64,000 nucleotides of DNA, from contig JAFUQU010000014.1 of assembly GCA_017472255.1 (NCBI GenBank), positions 357,845-421,844 on the forward strand, given 5' to 3'. Position numbers and translations under genes: made by a program. Shown piece by piece: positions 18,688-28,761 of this stretch. Positions within the stretch are counted from its first letter, which is position 1, and every line of letters starts with the position of its first letter. Source of the stretch: Clostridia bacterium. GTDB lineage: Bacteria; Bacillota; Clostridia; Oscillospirales; CAG-272. Below the pieces are notes generated by a model. It had not been told where the DNA came from. It worked only from the letters and a program-made list of their open reading frames with translations, and did no database searches.

Positions 18688-20256
18688 TTATTTCACTCTG
18701 CGGAACCAGAGCAGCTTCTCAAGCGGTGAGGCCAGCTTTACGGTCTGGCGTCCGTCGTAAACATTGCCGTCGCTGTCAGCCCAGCGTCCGGCGGGGAAGG
18801 TGACATCCTTTGTGAAGGTGCCCTTCGTGACAATCGGGCAGACCAGTATATCCTCGCCCAACATGAATTCGTCCGTAATCCGTGCATAACCCTGATGCGG
18901 ATCGTTGTATTCAAGGGCGCGGAGAATCGGCTCGCCGGTGCGCTCGGCATCTCCGACCAGCGCGATAATCTCGTCTGCCAGCTCCTTGTGCAGCTGACCA
19001 GCCTCGGCGACGATTTTGTAGGATTCCTCCGACAGCGCGCGCCAGGGCGCCCAGGAGAACTGCATCATCGGACAGAGCGCCGATGCCTGCGCCATCCGGA
19101 TGAACAGTTCTTCGTCGATTTTGAAGCCGGGCTTCAGGTTGAAGCTCCACTCGCCGCCGCCAATCATGTCCGGGCAGATGAAGGGATGTCCCATCAGCCC
19201 CTGCATGATCGAGCAGGGAATAACCGTGTTGATGCCGTCGTTGTCCCAACGGTGCCCGCGGTCGCAGAGACGCTGGATGGTAGCCTTGCCGCCGCCCTTG
19301 TAGGTGTCCTTGTACTCGTGGAATTTATAACGGGCGCCGAACTCATTCCATGCCAGATTCAGCGCGGCGGGGTCGTGATCGTCGGCAGGCTCGCCGTTTG
19401 CCATGTTGGCGGGGTGATACATCCCATAGGAGCCGCCGTCAAACTTGAAGCCGTCCACGCCATATTCGCTCATCAGGTGTTTTAGCTTGGAATCGAGAAA
19501 TTCCCGGTCGCAGTCCTTGCGGAAGTCCAGAATGGCGGAATAGCCGTTCCACCAGTTGACCAGCGCCACCTGTCCGGTCTTGTTGCGCAGGAAGAGGCGG
19601 TTCCAGCTGTCCGGGTTGAAATCGGGACGGGTGTTCATGCTGAACTCTTGACCGTCCGCTGTGACCAGCGGCGTGACCCAGAGCATGACGATGAACCCCA
19701 GCTTGTGCAGCTCGTCAATCATAGCCTTGGGATCGGGGAACTTGTGCAGATCGAACTGCCACAGACCATAGCGGGTGTGCCAGCCCTCGTCGATGATTAA
19801 AATGCCCGGTTCAAAGCCGTGATCAATGATGGCGTGAGCGTAATCGAGAACGCCCTGCTGGGTGGGATGGTAGGTAAATTCCATCCATGTGTTGTATTGC
19901 GCGGTACGGAAAAATTCCCGGGGAAGCTGCTTGCCGTTTTTGCGGGTTTCGGTGAAGGGAAAATGAGCGTTCATCGCTGCCAGATAGGCGTCGCGCAGGC
20001 AGTCTCCGGCTTCGACGCATTCGAACCCGCCGCCCTCGAAGCAAAGCTCGTCGCCATCCACCCATGCGCGGAAGGTGTCCTCGCTCCAGATATAGCGACC
20101 CTTGCTGGACAGGAACAGGGGCATGAACTGATTGACCGGACGGCGGCGCATATCCCGTGACCAGGTACAGCCTGCGGCGATGGGCATCTCTGTGCCGTTG
20201 ACGGTGGGACCTCCCCAGAACAGCTCGCCGGGGAGAAATTTTACGCGGTATTCCAT
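18688..20256 (-). CDS. TIM-barrel glycoside hydrolase (clan GH-D-like, alpha-glycosidase superfamily)
   Basis: ILIIDEGWH and GVDGFKFDGG blocks typical of GH27/31/36-type (beta/alpha)8 glycosidases; start set at MEYRVKF with a strong RBS AAGGAGGAT; the 731-aa track ORF is an upstream over-extension. Confidence 0.55.
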   Translation of the reverse strand: MEYRVKFLPGELFWGGPTVNGTEMPIAAGCTWSRDMRRRPVNQFMPLFLSSKGRYIWSEDTFRAWVDGDELCFEGGGFECVEAGDCLRDAYLAAMNAHFPFTETRKNGKQLPREFFRTAQYNTWMEFTYHPTQQGVLDYAHAIIDHGFEPGILIIDEGWHTRYGLWQFDLHKFPDPKAMIDELHKLGFIVMLWVTPLVTADGQEFSMNTRPDFNPDSWNRLFLRNKTGQVALVNWWNGYSAILDFRKDCDREFLDSKLKHLMSEYGVDGFKFDGGSYGMYHPANMANGEPADDHDPAALNLAWNEFGARYKFHEYKDTYKGGGKATIQRLCDRGHRWDNDGINTVIPCSIMQGLMGHPFICPDMIGGGEWSFNLKPGFKIDEELFIRMAQASALCPMMQFSWAPWRALSEESYKIVAEAGQLHKELADEIIALVGDAERTGEPILRALEYNDPHQGYARITDEFMLGEDILVCPIVTKGTFTKDVTFPAGRWADSDGNVYDGRQTVKLASPLEKLLWFRRVK

Positions 20257-20370
20257 GATAATCCTCCTTGAAGGGTTGATTTTTGTCTCTGATTCTATTA
20301 TAATTATATATACGGGCTTGTAAATAGGAAAACAGCCAAAATATTTTAGATTTTGGGCATAGGAGGGCAT

Positions 20371-21162
20371 ATGACGGTTGATTGCTTTGAAAAATGCTAT
20401 CACTACCGCAAGGACAGCAGCTATGTGTTTGAGGGACACCGCCATTCCGGGCGGAACGGCTACGAGGTGAATATCGTGCTGGCGGGCTGTCTGGAGGTGA
20501 CTTGTGGAGCGTCGGTTTTCCGGCTGAGGGCGGGAGAGCTGGGCGTCTGGCACACCGACTGCTTCCACTGCAACCGGACGGCGGCGGAGGGAATGACCGA
20601 ATTCCTGTCCATCCATTTCGATTCCGCCGACCGGGGTCAGGCGGAGGAACCGGCGGTCTACCATCTGTCGGATAGCAGCCGGACATTGGTGGGGCTGATC
20701 GACGAGGAGGCGGGCGGCAATGCCGTGGACGGAAACTCCGGGAAAATCAACCGTGCGGCGCTGGATCTTTTGGAAGCGCTGCTGCTGCGTTTGGAAGGAA
20801 TGGGCAGCGTTCCCGAGCGGACGATGACCGGCAATCCGGCGATTTACCATCGGGCGGTGACGGTGATGGGCGATCATCTTCACGAGCCGCTGACTGTGCC
20901 GATGATCGCCAGACAGTGCGGCGTCTGCGTCACGGCGCTGAAAAACGCCTTTGCCGAATGTGCTGGCAAGGGCGTGAAGGCTTATTTTGTGGAGATGAAG
21001 ATGGAAGCTGCCAGACAGATGCTGCTCGATGGCGCGGGAGTGGACGAGATTGCGGCGAAGCTGGGCTTTTCGTCGGCGTCCTATTTCTCCCAGTGCTTCC
21101 GCCGGCTCAACGGCTGCACAGCCAGTGAATACAGGTCGAACGCCGGACGCGTGCGACCATGA
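20371..21162 (+). CDS. AraC-family transcriptional regulator (cupin + HTH)
   Basis: C-terminal AraC HTH (IAAKLGFSSASYFSQCFRRLNGCTASEYR); RBS AGGAGGG before ATG 20371. Confidence 0.75.
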   Translation: MTVDCFEKCYHYRKDSSYVFEGHRHSGRNGYEVNIVLAGCLEVTCGASVFRLRAGELGVWHTDCFHCNRTAAEGMTEFLSIHFDSADRGQAEEPAVYHLSDSSRTLVGLIDEEAGGNAVDGNSGKINRAALDLLEALLLRLEGMGSVPERTMTGNPAIYHRAVTVMGDHLHEPLTVPMIARQCGVCVTALKNAFAECAGKGVKAYFVEMKMEAARQMLLDGAGVDEIAAKLGFSSASYFSQCFRRLNGCTASEYRSNAGRVRP

Positions 21163-21202
21163 CGAAAATACGGGGCAGGTGAAATCACCCGCCCCGTTTA
21201 TT

Positions 21203-22042
21203 TTATGCCAGATAAGGTTTGCAGCGTCCGCCGTAGAAATAATGGAAGCAGTTCGGTCTGTCGATCATCTCCCGGGCAAAGATCAGCAGCGCGGGGAAGG
21301 ACGGCGACGGCTGGAAGGTGTAAACCTCCTGCGGCTCATCATCCATTTCCACCGTGGTGATGTGTACGAGCTGATATTTTTTCAGCTTTTCCAGCATCTC
21401 CTTTGCGGCGTCAGCGGAAAGCCCCAGATTCTTCACCAGCAGATTGGGGGTGAAGGCCTTGTTGTGGTCGCGCCGGTTCAGATAGACCAGTGTGTCGAAG
21501 AAGGTTCTGTCTGCCAGATCGGCGAAAAGGGTGGGATAATCAATGCCGTCAAGCAGCGCTTTCCCCATATCGGCGATCTCCGGGACGAGCAGAAAATAGG
21601 ACAGACGCCTGCCCAGCCCCATTTCGGTGTAACCGTTGTCGCGGCGGATGCTGGAGTAGCGCTGCTGACCTTCGTCGATTCCGCTGCACACGTTTGCAAG
21701 CGTATCCTCCGGACGGAGGGGCTGGTCGTACATGGCGCGCTCAATTGTCCAGCACAGCTCAAAGGCGGTGTTGATTCGCTCCTCATGGGGAACGTCCGCC
21801 AGCTTTTTTGCCAGCGCCGTCTCCACGTCGCTGTAGTCGGCGATGCTCCGACCGAACAGGGTGTCGATGGAAACGCCAAAAAAATCGGCGATGCGGGGCA
21901 GCAGCTCGGTATCGGGCAGACCGCCGTTCTCCCATTTGGAGACGGCCTGTGCGGATACGCCCACGAAATTGGCAAGCTCCTCCTGTTTTGTGCCTTTTTC
22001 TTTTCGCAGAGATGCGATGTTGGTTCCGATGTTGTTTGTCAT
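21203..22042 (-). CDS. XRE-family HTH regulator with uncharacterised C-terminal domain
   Basis: N-terminal Cro/C1 HTH (LRKEKGTKQEELANFVGVSAQAVSKWENG). Confidence 0.7.
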   Translation of the reverse strand: MTNNIGTNIASLRKEKGTKQEELANFVGVSAQAVSKWENGGLPDTELLPRIADFFGVSIDTLFGRSIADYSDVETALAKKLADVPHEERINTAFELCWTIERAMYDQPLRPEDTLANVCSGIDEGQQRYSSIRRDNGYTEMGLGRRLSYFLLVPEIADMGKALLDGIDYPTLFADLADRTFFDTLVYLNRRDHNKAFTPNLLVKNLGLSADAAKEMLEKLKKYQLVHITTVEMDDEPQEVYTFQPSPSFPALLIFAREMIDRPNCFHYFYGGRCKPYLA

Positions 22043-22182
22043 GGTTTTACCTCCGGATTTTTTTCTGAACGGTCTTTCAGTGTCTCTATTATATCACAAT
22101 CTCCGGTTGTCTGCAAGGGAGGCGTTTTTGACAAAATCAACTTTAGATTGATGAATAAAACATCAATCAACCCGGAGTTGCA

Positions 22183-23136
22183 TCAGAAGTGCAGACCGCG
22201 GATGGTGCGGATAAGATTATCCGCGTAGTATTTGTGTCCCAGCAGATTGGGATGCACCTTGTCCTCATGCAGCAGCTCCGGCAGATTGGGCATCAGCGTG
22301 AAGCCGTTCACAATCGCGATGTTGGGATATTTCGCGCAGATTTGGCGCACCTTCTCAAGGTTTCCGGGGAGGAAGGCACAGGCATCGTCCGCCCGCCAGA
22401 TGGGGGAAATCACCAGCGTGGGGATGCCGGAATAAAGCCGGTTCAGCGCGGCATAGAAGCGTTCGGCGCGGTCGGCGAAGTCAGCCCCGCCGCAGCCGTT
22501 GGTGCCCAGCGAGACAATAATCTTGTTCGGCGTATAGCCTTCCAGCGGGAGCATATAGCCGTCGTCGTACATCAGTCCGCCAATGGCCTGATCCAGCGAA
22601 TCATAGCCCAGCGTCCGGGTGGTCAGGTTCACGTAACTGCCGCTGGACATCATGGAACCGACATTTTGAGAACCCGCCCCCTGCGTGATGGAATCGCCCA
22701 GCCAGAGCACCTTTGTGCGGCGGCGGGTCGGTGTGAAGCTGCCGTTCAGCGTGAAATTGCGCAGCATAAGGCGGCAGTAGTTGGGAAAGTAAATCTGTAC
22801 CGTTTTCATTCCCGCGGGCAGCTTGCAGGAAAAGTGCCCCTCGGTTATGTCGCCCATGGGGAAGACATGGCAGGGAACGCCGTCCACGCAGACGTCGATG
22901 CTGCCTGTCGAGACGATGTAGTCCAGCTTGTAATCGAAACCGATTTCCGTGGCGTTGGTGCGCAGGTCGGCGTGAACCGCGCCGGTGTGATGGGCGCGGA
23001 CATAGAAAATTTCGACGCTTTTGTAATATTCCATCTGCGCGTCGGTAACGCGGCAGCAGACGGTATAGCCGTCCTCGTCCTTAAACTGATACGCGCCGTG
23101 GATGATGCTTTTCAGCTGCTTGGGTGTGAGAATCAT
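22183..23136 (-). CDS. SGNH/GDSL hydrolase (carbohydrate esterase-like) with N-terminal beta-sandwich
   Basis: KVLWLGDSITQGAG block I; SLGTNG block III; DKVHP catalytic His. Confidence 0.7.
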   Translation of the reverse strand: MILTPKQLKSIIHGAYQFKDEDGYTVCCRVTDAQMEYYKSVEIFYVRAHHTGAVHADLRTNATEIGFDYKLDYIVSTGSIDVCVDGVPCHVFPMGDITEGHFSCKLPAGMKTVQIYFPNYCRLMLRNFTLNGSFTPTRRRTKVLWLGDSITQGAGSQNVGSMMSSGSYVNLTTRTLGYDSLDQAIGGLMYDDGYMLPLEGYTPNKIIVSLGTNGCGGADFADRAERFYAALNRLYSGIPTLVISPIWRADDACAFLPGNLEKVRQICAKYPNIAIVNGFTLMPNLPELLHEDKVHPNLLGHKYYADNLIRTIRGLHF

Positions 23137-23179
23137 GACAATTCGCTCCTTTAAGTATAATTTTCAAAAATAGTTTACT

Positions 23180-24001
23180 TTATGAATTTTCCCGCTGCCG
23201 GCGATAGGCGGTCAGATCATCCTTGGGAGACAGACCGAACAGGCTCCGGTACTGCCGCCAGAAGGAGGAATAATCGGAGAAGCCGCTGCCCGTGAATCCG
23301 GCGCTGACGCTCCCGCCGAGGAACATATTCTGTCTGGCGGCGATGAGACGCTTTTTCGTGGTGTAATCCCAGATTGTCGTACCCACTGTCGCCCGGAACC
23401 GGCGGTTCAGATAGGATTTGTCCCGGTAGAGCGCCGATGCCAGCGTGTCCAGATCCCAGTGATCGCCCAGATGGGTGTTGACATAACGGATGATCTCGCC
23501 CACCAGCGGATCGCCGCCGTCCTCATCGGGCGGGAGCGTGTCCGCGTCGGAAAGATGGTGCAGGATGGCTCCCAGCGAAACGAGAACGGCACAGCGGCGG
23601 TTTTCCACCGGTGTGTGGAAAATCTGCGTCAGACAGGTGCGGATGAAGCCGTCGTCATCGCGGCAAAGGGCGCGTTGACGGTTCCGCAGGCTGTCGCCCA
23701 GCGGGGACAGCTCGCCGGTGAAGATGGTGTCCCGAAAGAGCAGCGCCATCCGTTCGTAGGGCATACTGGCGTCCACGTGCATGGCGTGGGTTTCGCCGGG
23801 GCAGAGCAGCAGACAGCGTCCCGGCTCCATGCGGGTTGACACGCCCTCCACCGCCATGCTTCCGCTGCCGCCGATGAAATAGTACAGCTCAAAGCGGTCA
23901 TGGAAATGGGCGGAGTAGGATATACTTCCGGCGTCCGGCTCCGGGCTGATCGAGTGATGCAGATAGATGTCCGCGTCACGGTATTCATCGCATTTCTCCA
24001 T
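23180..24001 (-). CDS. AraC-family transcriptional regulator
   Basis: C-terminal AraC HTH (GFTGSGFSDYSSFWRQYRSLFGLSP); start set at MEKCDEY with RBS AGGAGGG. Confidence 0.7.
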   Translation of the reverse strand: MEKCDEYRDADIYLHHSISPEPDAGSISYSAHFHDRFELYYFIGGSGSMAVEGVSTRMEPGRCLLLCPGETHAMHVDASMPYERMALLFRDTIFTGELSPLGDSLRNRQRALCRDDDGFIRTCLTQIFHTPVENRRCAVLVSLGAILHHLSDADTLPPDEDGGDPLVGEIIRYVNTHLGDHWDLDTLASALYRDKSYLNRRFRATVGTTIWDYTTKKRLIAARQNMFLGGSVSAGFTGSGFSDYSSFWRQYRSLFGLSPKDDLTAYRRQRENS

Positions 24002-24144
24002 GAACAGCCCTCCTTTCGTCCGATCATAAAAACAGTATAACACAAGATGTCGATATTTGCAATAGTTTTTGCGATAATCGCAATTGCATTGAAGAAAAAT
24101 ATGCGTTATAATGGTATCATCAAATTCATATAAGGAGAATGTAA

Positions 24145-24915
24145 ATGGAACTGTTAAAAGAGCTTCTCTGCGATAAGCTGACCATCCGCGTTTGGAACAA
24201 CCGCCGTTCGGCAGGAGCTGCCGCCGCATCGGACGGCGCTGCTATCCTGAAAAAGCTGCTGACCGAGCAGGATCATGTCAACGTGATTTTCGCCGCCGCA
24301 CCGTCGCAGGACGATACGCTGTCCGCGCTCTGCGCACAGCCGGGCATCGACTGGAAGCGGGTTCACGCCTACCACATGGATGAATATGTGGGCTTCGACC
24401 GGGAGCATCCCCAGAGCTTCGGCAGGTATCTGGACAACCATATCTTCGGTCTTGTTCCCTTCGGAAAGGTCTGCTACATCGGACGCGCCGACGCGGACGG
24501 CGAAACGGTCTGCGCCGATTACGCCAAACTGCTGCATGACAATCCGCCGGATGTGGTGTTCCTCGGTATCGGCGAGAACGCGCATATCGCGTTCAACGAC
24601 CCGTGGGTGGCGGATTTCAATGACCCGAAGCTGGTCAAAACCGTGCCGCTGGACGAAACCTGCCGCAATCAGCAGGTTCACGACGGATGCTTCCCGACCC
24701 TCGCCGATGTGCCGACCCACGCATACACGCTGACCATCCCCGCGCTGACCTCGGCGAAAGCGCTGATCTGCACCGTTCCCTGCACCACCAAGGCGGAGGC
24801 GGTGTACAATACGGCATCAAAGCCGATCAGCCCCGATTATCCTGCCACCATCATGCGCCGTCACCCGAACGCGGTCATGTACTGCGACCCGGACAGCGGT
24901 GCGAAGCTTCTCTGA
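24145..24915 (+). CDS. nagB: Glucosamine-6-phosphate deaminase
   Basis: NagB/6-phosphogluconolactonase fold; MDEYVG motif; 256 aa. Confidence 0.8.
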   Translation: MELLKELLCDKLTIRVWNNRRSAGAAAASDGAAILKKLLTEQDHVNVIFAAAPSQDDTLSALCAQPGIDWKRVHAYHMDEYVGFDREHPQSFGRYLDNHIFGLVPFGKVCYIGRADADGETVCADYAKLLHDNPPDVVFLGIGENAHIAFNDPWVADFNDPKLVKTVPLDETCRNQQVHDGCFPTLADVPTHAYTLTIPALTSAKALICTVPCTTKAEAVYNTASKPISPDYPATIMRRHPNAVMYCDPDSGAKLL

Positions 24916-24930
24916 TTGGAGGAAATGAAC

Positions 24931-25998
24931 ATGAAACAAATGAGAATTGCCATCATCGGGCAGGGACGTTCCGGTCGTGACATCCACGGCGCGTTCTTGC
25001 TGAACGACAAAAGCGAGCGCTACAAGGTCGTCGCCGTCTGCGACTGGAAGGCTGACCGCCGGGAGCGTGCCGCAAAGGACTTCGGCTGCGACGTTTACGA
25101 GGATTACCGCGAATTATTCAAGCGGGACGATATCGATCTGGTTGTCAACTCCACCTTTTCCTATGAGCATTGTCCCGTAACCCTCGATCTGCTGTCCCAC
25201 GGCTTCAACGTGCTGGTGGAAAAGCCCTTCGCCATGACCGAGGCTGACTGCAAAAAGATGATTGACACGGCTTACGAGAACAACGTGAAGCTGTTCGTTT
25301 TCCAGCAGTCCAGATTCGCGCCCTACTACACCAAAATCCGCGAAATTGTGGACAGCGGCGTTCTGGGGAAGATCGAGCAGATTTCCATCAGCTTCAGCGG
25401 ATTTGCCCGCCGCTGGGACTGGCAGTGCTCCCAGCGATTCGGCGGCGGCGGACTTTACAACACCGGACCCCATCCGCTGGATCAGGCGCTGGATCTGCTG
25501 GATTTCGATCCGCAGACAACGCTGCTTTACTCGCGGCTGGATACGCTTAACACCTACGGCGACGCGGACGATTACGCCAAACTGCTGATTACCGCGCCGG
25601 GCAAGCCGCTGATCGATTTAGAGGTCAGCAGTGCCAACGGCTATTTTAAGGATAACTATGTGATTCACGCGAAAAACGGCTCTCTGCGCGCTACGCTTCG
25701 GGAGATTCAGTACAAGTATTTCGTTCCCTTGGAGAATGTTGACCACACGCTGATTCTGGAGCCGCTCTGCCATGAAAACGGCTATCCCGCCTACTGCTCG
25801 GAAAAGCTGAACTGGCACGAGGAAACCATCAGTCTGGACGGTTCCGCCTTCGATGTGGGAACCAGCCGCTATTACGACATGGTTTACCGCTGCCTGTTCG
25901 AAGGACGCCGTCCCGAGATTGAGCCGTGGCAGTCGATGATGCAGATTCAGATTTCCGAGCAGGTTCACCGGGACAATCCGCTGACCATCAAATATTGA
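24931..25998 (+). CDS. Gfo/Idh/MocA-family NAD(P)-dependent oxidoreductase
   Basis: N-terminal Rossmann MRIAIIGQGRSGRD; EKP motif (VLVEKPFAMT); C-terminal alpha/beta domain. Confidence 0.8.
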   Translation: MKQMRIAIIGQGRSGRDIHGAFLLNDKSERYKVVAVCDWKADRRERAAKDFGCDVYEDYRELFKRDDIDLVVNSTFSYEHCPVTLDLLSHGFNVLVEKPFAMTEADCKKMIDTAYENNVKLFVFQQSRFAPYYTKIREIVDSGVLGKIEQISISFSGFARRWDWQCSQRFGGGGLYNTGPHPLDQALDLLDFDPQTTLLYSRLDTLNTYGDADDYAKLLITAPGKPLIDLEVSSANGYFKDNYVIHAKNGSLRATLREIQYKYFVPLENVDHTLILEPLCHENGYPAYCSEKLNWHEETISLDGSAFDVGTSRYYDMVYRCLFEGRRPEIEPWQSMMQIQISEQVHRDNPLTIKY

Positions 25999-25999
25999 T

Positions 26000-27151
26000 A
26001 TGACGACGAAAATCATCAACGCCCGCGTTGTGGACGGCGGCGAGGTGCGGCAGGGGGAGCTTTGCTTTGGCGAGCGCATTCTGCCGCCCGGCACGCCCTG
26101 CGAGCGGGTGATCGATGCAGGCGGACGCTATGTCAGCGCCGGATTTATCGATATTCACGTCCATGGCGGCGGCGGGTACGATTTCATGGACGGGGACGAG
26201 GAATCCTTTATCGGCGCGGCGGCGTTTCACGCAAAGCATGGCACGACGGCTCTGTGTCCGACCACGCTGTCCGGCGAATTTAAGGAAACGTTGCGGGTAT
26301 TCGACACCTATCGCCGGGTGAAGGCGATGCGGCGGGACGGTGCGGATTTCATCGGACTGCATCTGGAAGGCCCCTATTTCGCCCTGTCCCAGAAGGGCGC
26401 GCAGGATGAAAAGTACGTTCACCCGCCGGTGCGGGAAGAGTATATGCGCGTGCTGGAGGCGGCGGGCGGCGATATTGTCCGCTGGAGCGCCGCGCCGGAG
26501 CTGGACGCGGGCTATGAATTCGCCGCCGAGCTGCAAAGACGGGGCATATTGGTCAGCGCCGGGCATACGGATGCCAACTGCCGCCAGATGCTGGATGCGG
26601 CAAAGAACGGCTACAGCCATATGACCCATTTTTACTCCTGTATGAAGGGCGTTGAGCGGGTGAACGGCATCCGCATCGCCGGTGCGATTGAAGCGGGATA
26701 TCTGGACGATTCGATCACGGTGGAGGTAATCGCTGACGGGATGCACATTCCCCATGAGCTGCTGGCGCTGGTCTATAAGTGGAAGGGCGCGGACAAAACT
26801 GCGCTCATCACCGACGCCATGCGGGGCGCAGGTTTACCCGAGGGCAGCGAAAGTCTGCTGGGCAGCCGAAAAAACGGGCAGCCGGTCTATATCGAACGAG
26901 GTGTGGCATGGCTGCCGTCGGGGCAGGCCTTCGCGGGAAGCGTGGCGACCACCGATCGTCTGGTGCGCAATATGCTGGAAGCGGGCGTACCGCTTGCCGA
27001 CGCGGTGAAGATGGCGTCCGAGACGCCGGCGAAGCTGGTGGGCTGCCAATCCAAGGGGCGGCTGACTACAGGCTGCGACGCGGATATTGTGATCTTCGAC
27101 GAAAATGTGAATGTCAGCCGTGTTATCATCGGCGGACGCACGATTGTATGA
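26000..27151 (+). CDS. nagA: N-acetylglucosamine-6-phosphate deacetylase
   Basis: Amidohydrolase metal ligands (FIDIHVHGGGGYDFMDG; HLEGPYF; GHTDA). Confidence 0.85.
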   Translation: MTTKIINARVVDGGEVRQGELCFGERILPPGTPCERVIDAGGRYVSAGFIDIHVHGGGGYDFMDGDEESFIGAAAFHAKHGTTALCPTTLSGEFKETLRVFDTYRRVKAMRRDGADFIGLHLEGPYFALSQKGAQDEKYVHPPVREEYMRVLEAAGGDIVRWSAAPELDAGYEFAAELQRRGILVSAGHTDANCRQMLDAAKNGYSHMTHFYSCMKGVERVNGIRIAGAIEAGYLDDSITVEVIADGMHIPHELLALVYKWKGADKTALITDAMRGAGLPEGSESLLGSRKNGQPVYIERGVAWLPSGQAFAGSVATTDRLVRNMLEAGVPLADAVKMASETPAKLVGCQSKGRLTTGCDADIVIFDENVNVSRVIIGGRTIV

Positions 27152-27163
27152 GGTATAACTATG

Positions 27164-27619
27164 TATAAAATAGCGGTTCTCGGCTCGAGAATTCCCATGC
27201 TGACAGCTTTCTTACGATGATTGCCGACGGCAGCTTCCCGGATGTGGCGGTCGCTGGCATCTACAGCAATGAACCGGAAGCGGCGGAATTCATGCGTGAA
27301 GCGGGTCAATGCGGAGGTTCGGGACGATAAGCTCTATTTCCTCGCTGATTACGGCGGGTACGAGGTCACGGCATCCTACGCAAAACAAAAGGGCTACTTC
27401 CATGTGTCGGTGTTCGGCACAAAGGGCGCGAAGGCAGATTTTCTCTCGCTGGATGGCGCCGCCCATCGTGAGATGGAGCATATGCACGATCTTCTGTGCG
27501 GTGAGCCGATGAAGGTGGATTATGATCGCTTCATCGCTCCGGTATTTGTTATGAACGCCATCGAGCGCTCGTCCAAGTCCGGAACGTGGGCGGACGTTCA
27601 AGCTGTCACGATCGATTAA
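27164..27619 (+). pseudogene. Decayed Gfo/Idh/MocA oxidoreductase remnant (N-terminal about 50 aa fused to C-terminal about 100 aa; frameshifts; internal deletion)
   Basis: Three short frames: MYKIAVLGSRIPMLTAFLR* / MIADGSFPDVAVAGIYSNEPEAAEFMREAGQ.. / ..C-terminal domain ending AVTID*; the central catalytic region is missing. Confidence 0.6.
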
Positions 27620-27687
27620 ATCTTTGAATCACATTTTCTGTTTTGGAGACACTATGAGCAAATCCAAAACAGAAAGTGTGATTTTTT

Positions 27688-28683
27688 ATGAGTATCCGTT
27701 TTGCCTTTTTTGACGCCAAGCCCTACGACATCGCCGCCTTTGAGCCGCATATCGGGCAGGACATTCGGTTCAAATTTTTCGAGACCAAGCTGAACGCCGA
27801 CACCGCCGAGCTGGCTCACGGCTTCGACGGCGTGTGCATCTTTGTCAACGATACCGCTGACGCCGAGGTCATCGATCATCTCTGTGAGGCCGGGGTGAAG
27901 CTGATTGCCCTGCGCTGCGCGGGCTTCAATAATGTCGATTTGAAGCACGCCGCCGGGAAGCTGACGGTAGTGCGCGTTCCCGCTTATTCGCCCCACGCGG
28001 TGGCTGAGCACGCCATGGCCATGCTGCTCTGCGTGCTGCGTAAGGTTCACCGCGCCTATATCCGCACCCGCGACTTCAATTTCAGCCTGAACGGTCTCAC
28101 CGGCTTCGAGCTGCACGGACGCACCATGGGTGTTGTCGGTACGGGGCGCATCGGCCGGGAGTTTATCCGAATCTGCAAGGGCTTCGGCATGAAGATTCTC
28201 GCCTATGACAAATTCCCCGCCAAAGACGCGGATTTCGATTATGTGCCCTTGAACGAGCTGCTGGCAGGCAGCGATATCATTTCGCTTCACTGCCCGCTGA
28301 CCGACGACACCTACCATATTATCGACGCTGATGCCATCGCCCGCATGAAAAAGGGCGTGGTGCTGATCAACACTTCCCGGGGCGCGCTGGTGGACGCCGA
28401 CGCGCTGCTGGAGGGCATTAAAGCCCGTCAGGTGGGCGCTGCCTGTCTGGATGTGTACGAGGAGGAGTCGGACATCTTCTTCGAAGATTATTCGGGGCAT
28501 ATCGTTCAGGATGACACGCTGGCGCGGCTGATCTATATGCCGAATGTGATTGTCACGTCCCATCAGGCATTCCTGACCGATGAGGCGCTGTCCGCCATCG
28601 CGGCTACCACGATTTCAAATATCCGGGAATTTTTCGCCGACGGGAAGTGCCAAAACGAAATCAGCTATAAGAAGCAGGGGTAA
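27688..28683 (+). CDS. ldhA: D-isomer-specific 2-hydroxyacid dehydrogenase (D-lactate dehydrogenase)
   Basis: N-terminal substrate domain and NAD-binding GVVGTGRIGREF; catalytic His near C-terminus; strong full-length similarity to D-LDH. Confidence 0.8.
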   Translation: MSIRFAFFDAKPYDIAAFEPHIGQDIRFKFFETKLNADTAELAHGFDGVCIFVNDTADAEVIDHLCEAGVKLIALRCAGFNNVDLKHAAGKLTVVRVPAYSPHAVAEHAMAMLLCVLRKVHRAYIRTRDFNFSLNGLTGFELHGRTMGVVGTGRIGREFIRICKGFGMKILAYDKFPAKDADFDYVPLNELLAGSDIISLHCPLTDDTYHIIDADAIARMKKGVVLINTSRGALVDADALLEGIKARQVGAACLDVYEEESDIFFEDYSGHIVQDDTLARLIYMPNVIVTSHQAFLTDEALSAIAATTISNIREFFADGKCQNEISYKKQG

Positions 28684-28761
28684 AAACTCTTTACAACCGG
28701 GTTGGGGTATGGTATAATAGTATCATACCCCGATCGATTTTTATACAGGAGATATACAGCC

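Noticed and set aside
20257-20883. N-terminal 209-codon extension of the glycosidase ORF (the 731-aa version)
   Set aside because: The extension is Arg/His-rich with no domain content and overlaps the divergent AraC gene region. A strong RBS (AAGGAGGAT) precedes the internal ATG at 20256.
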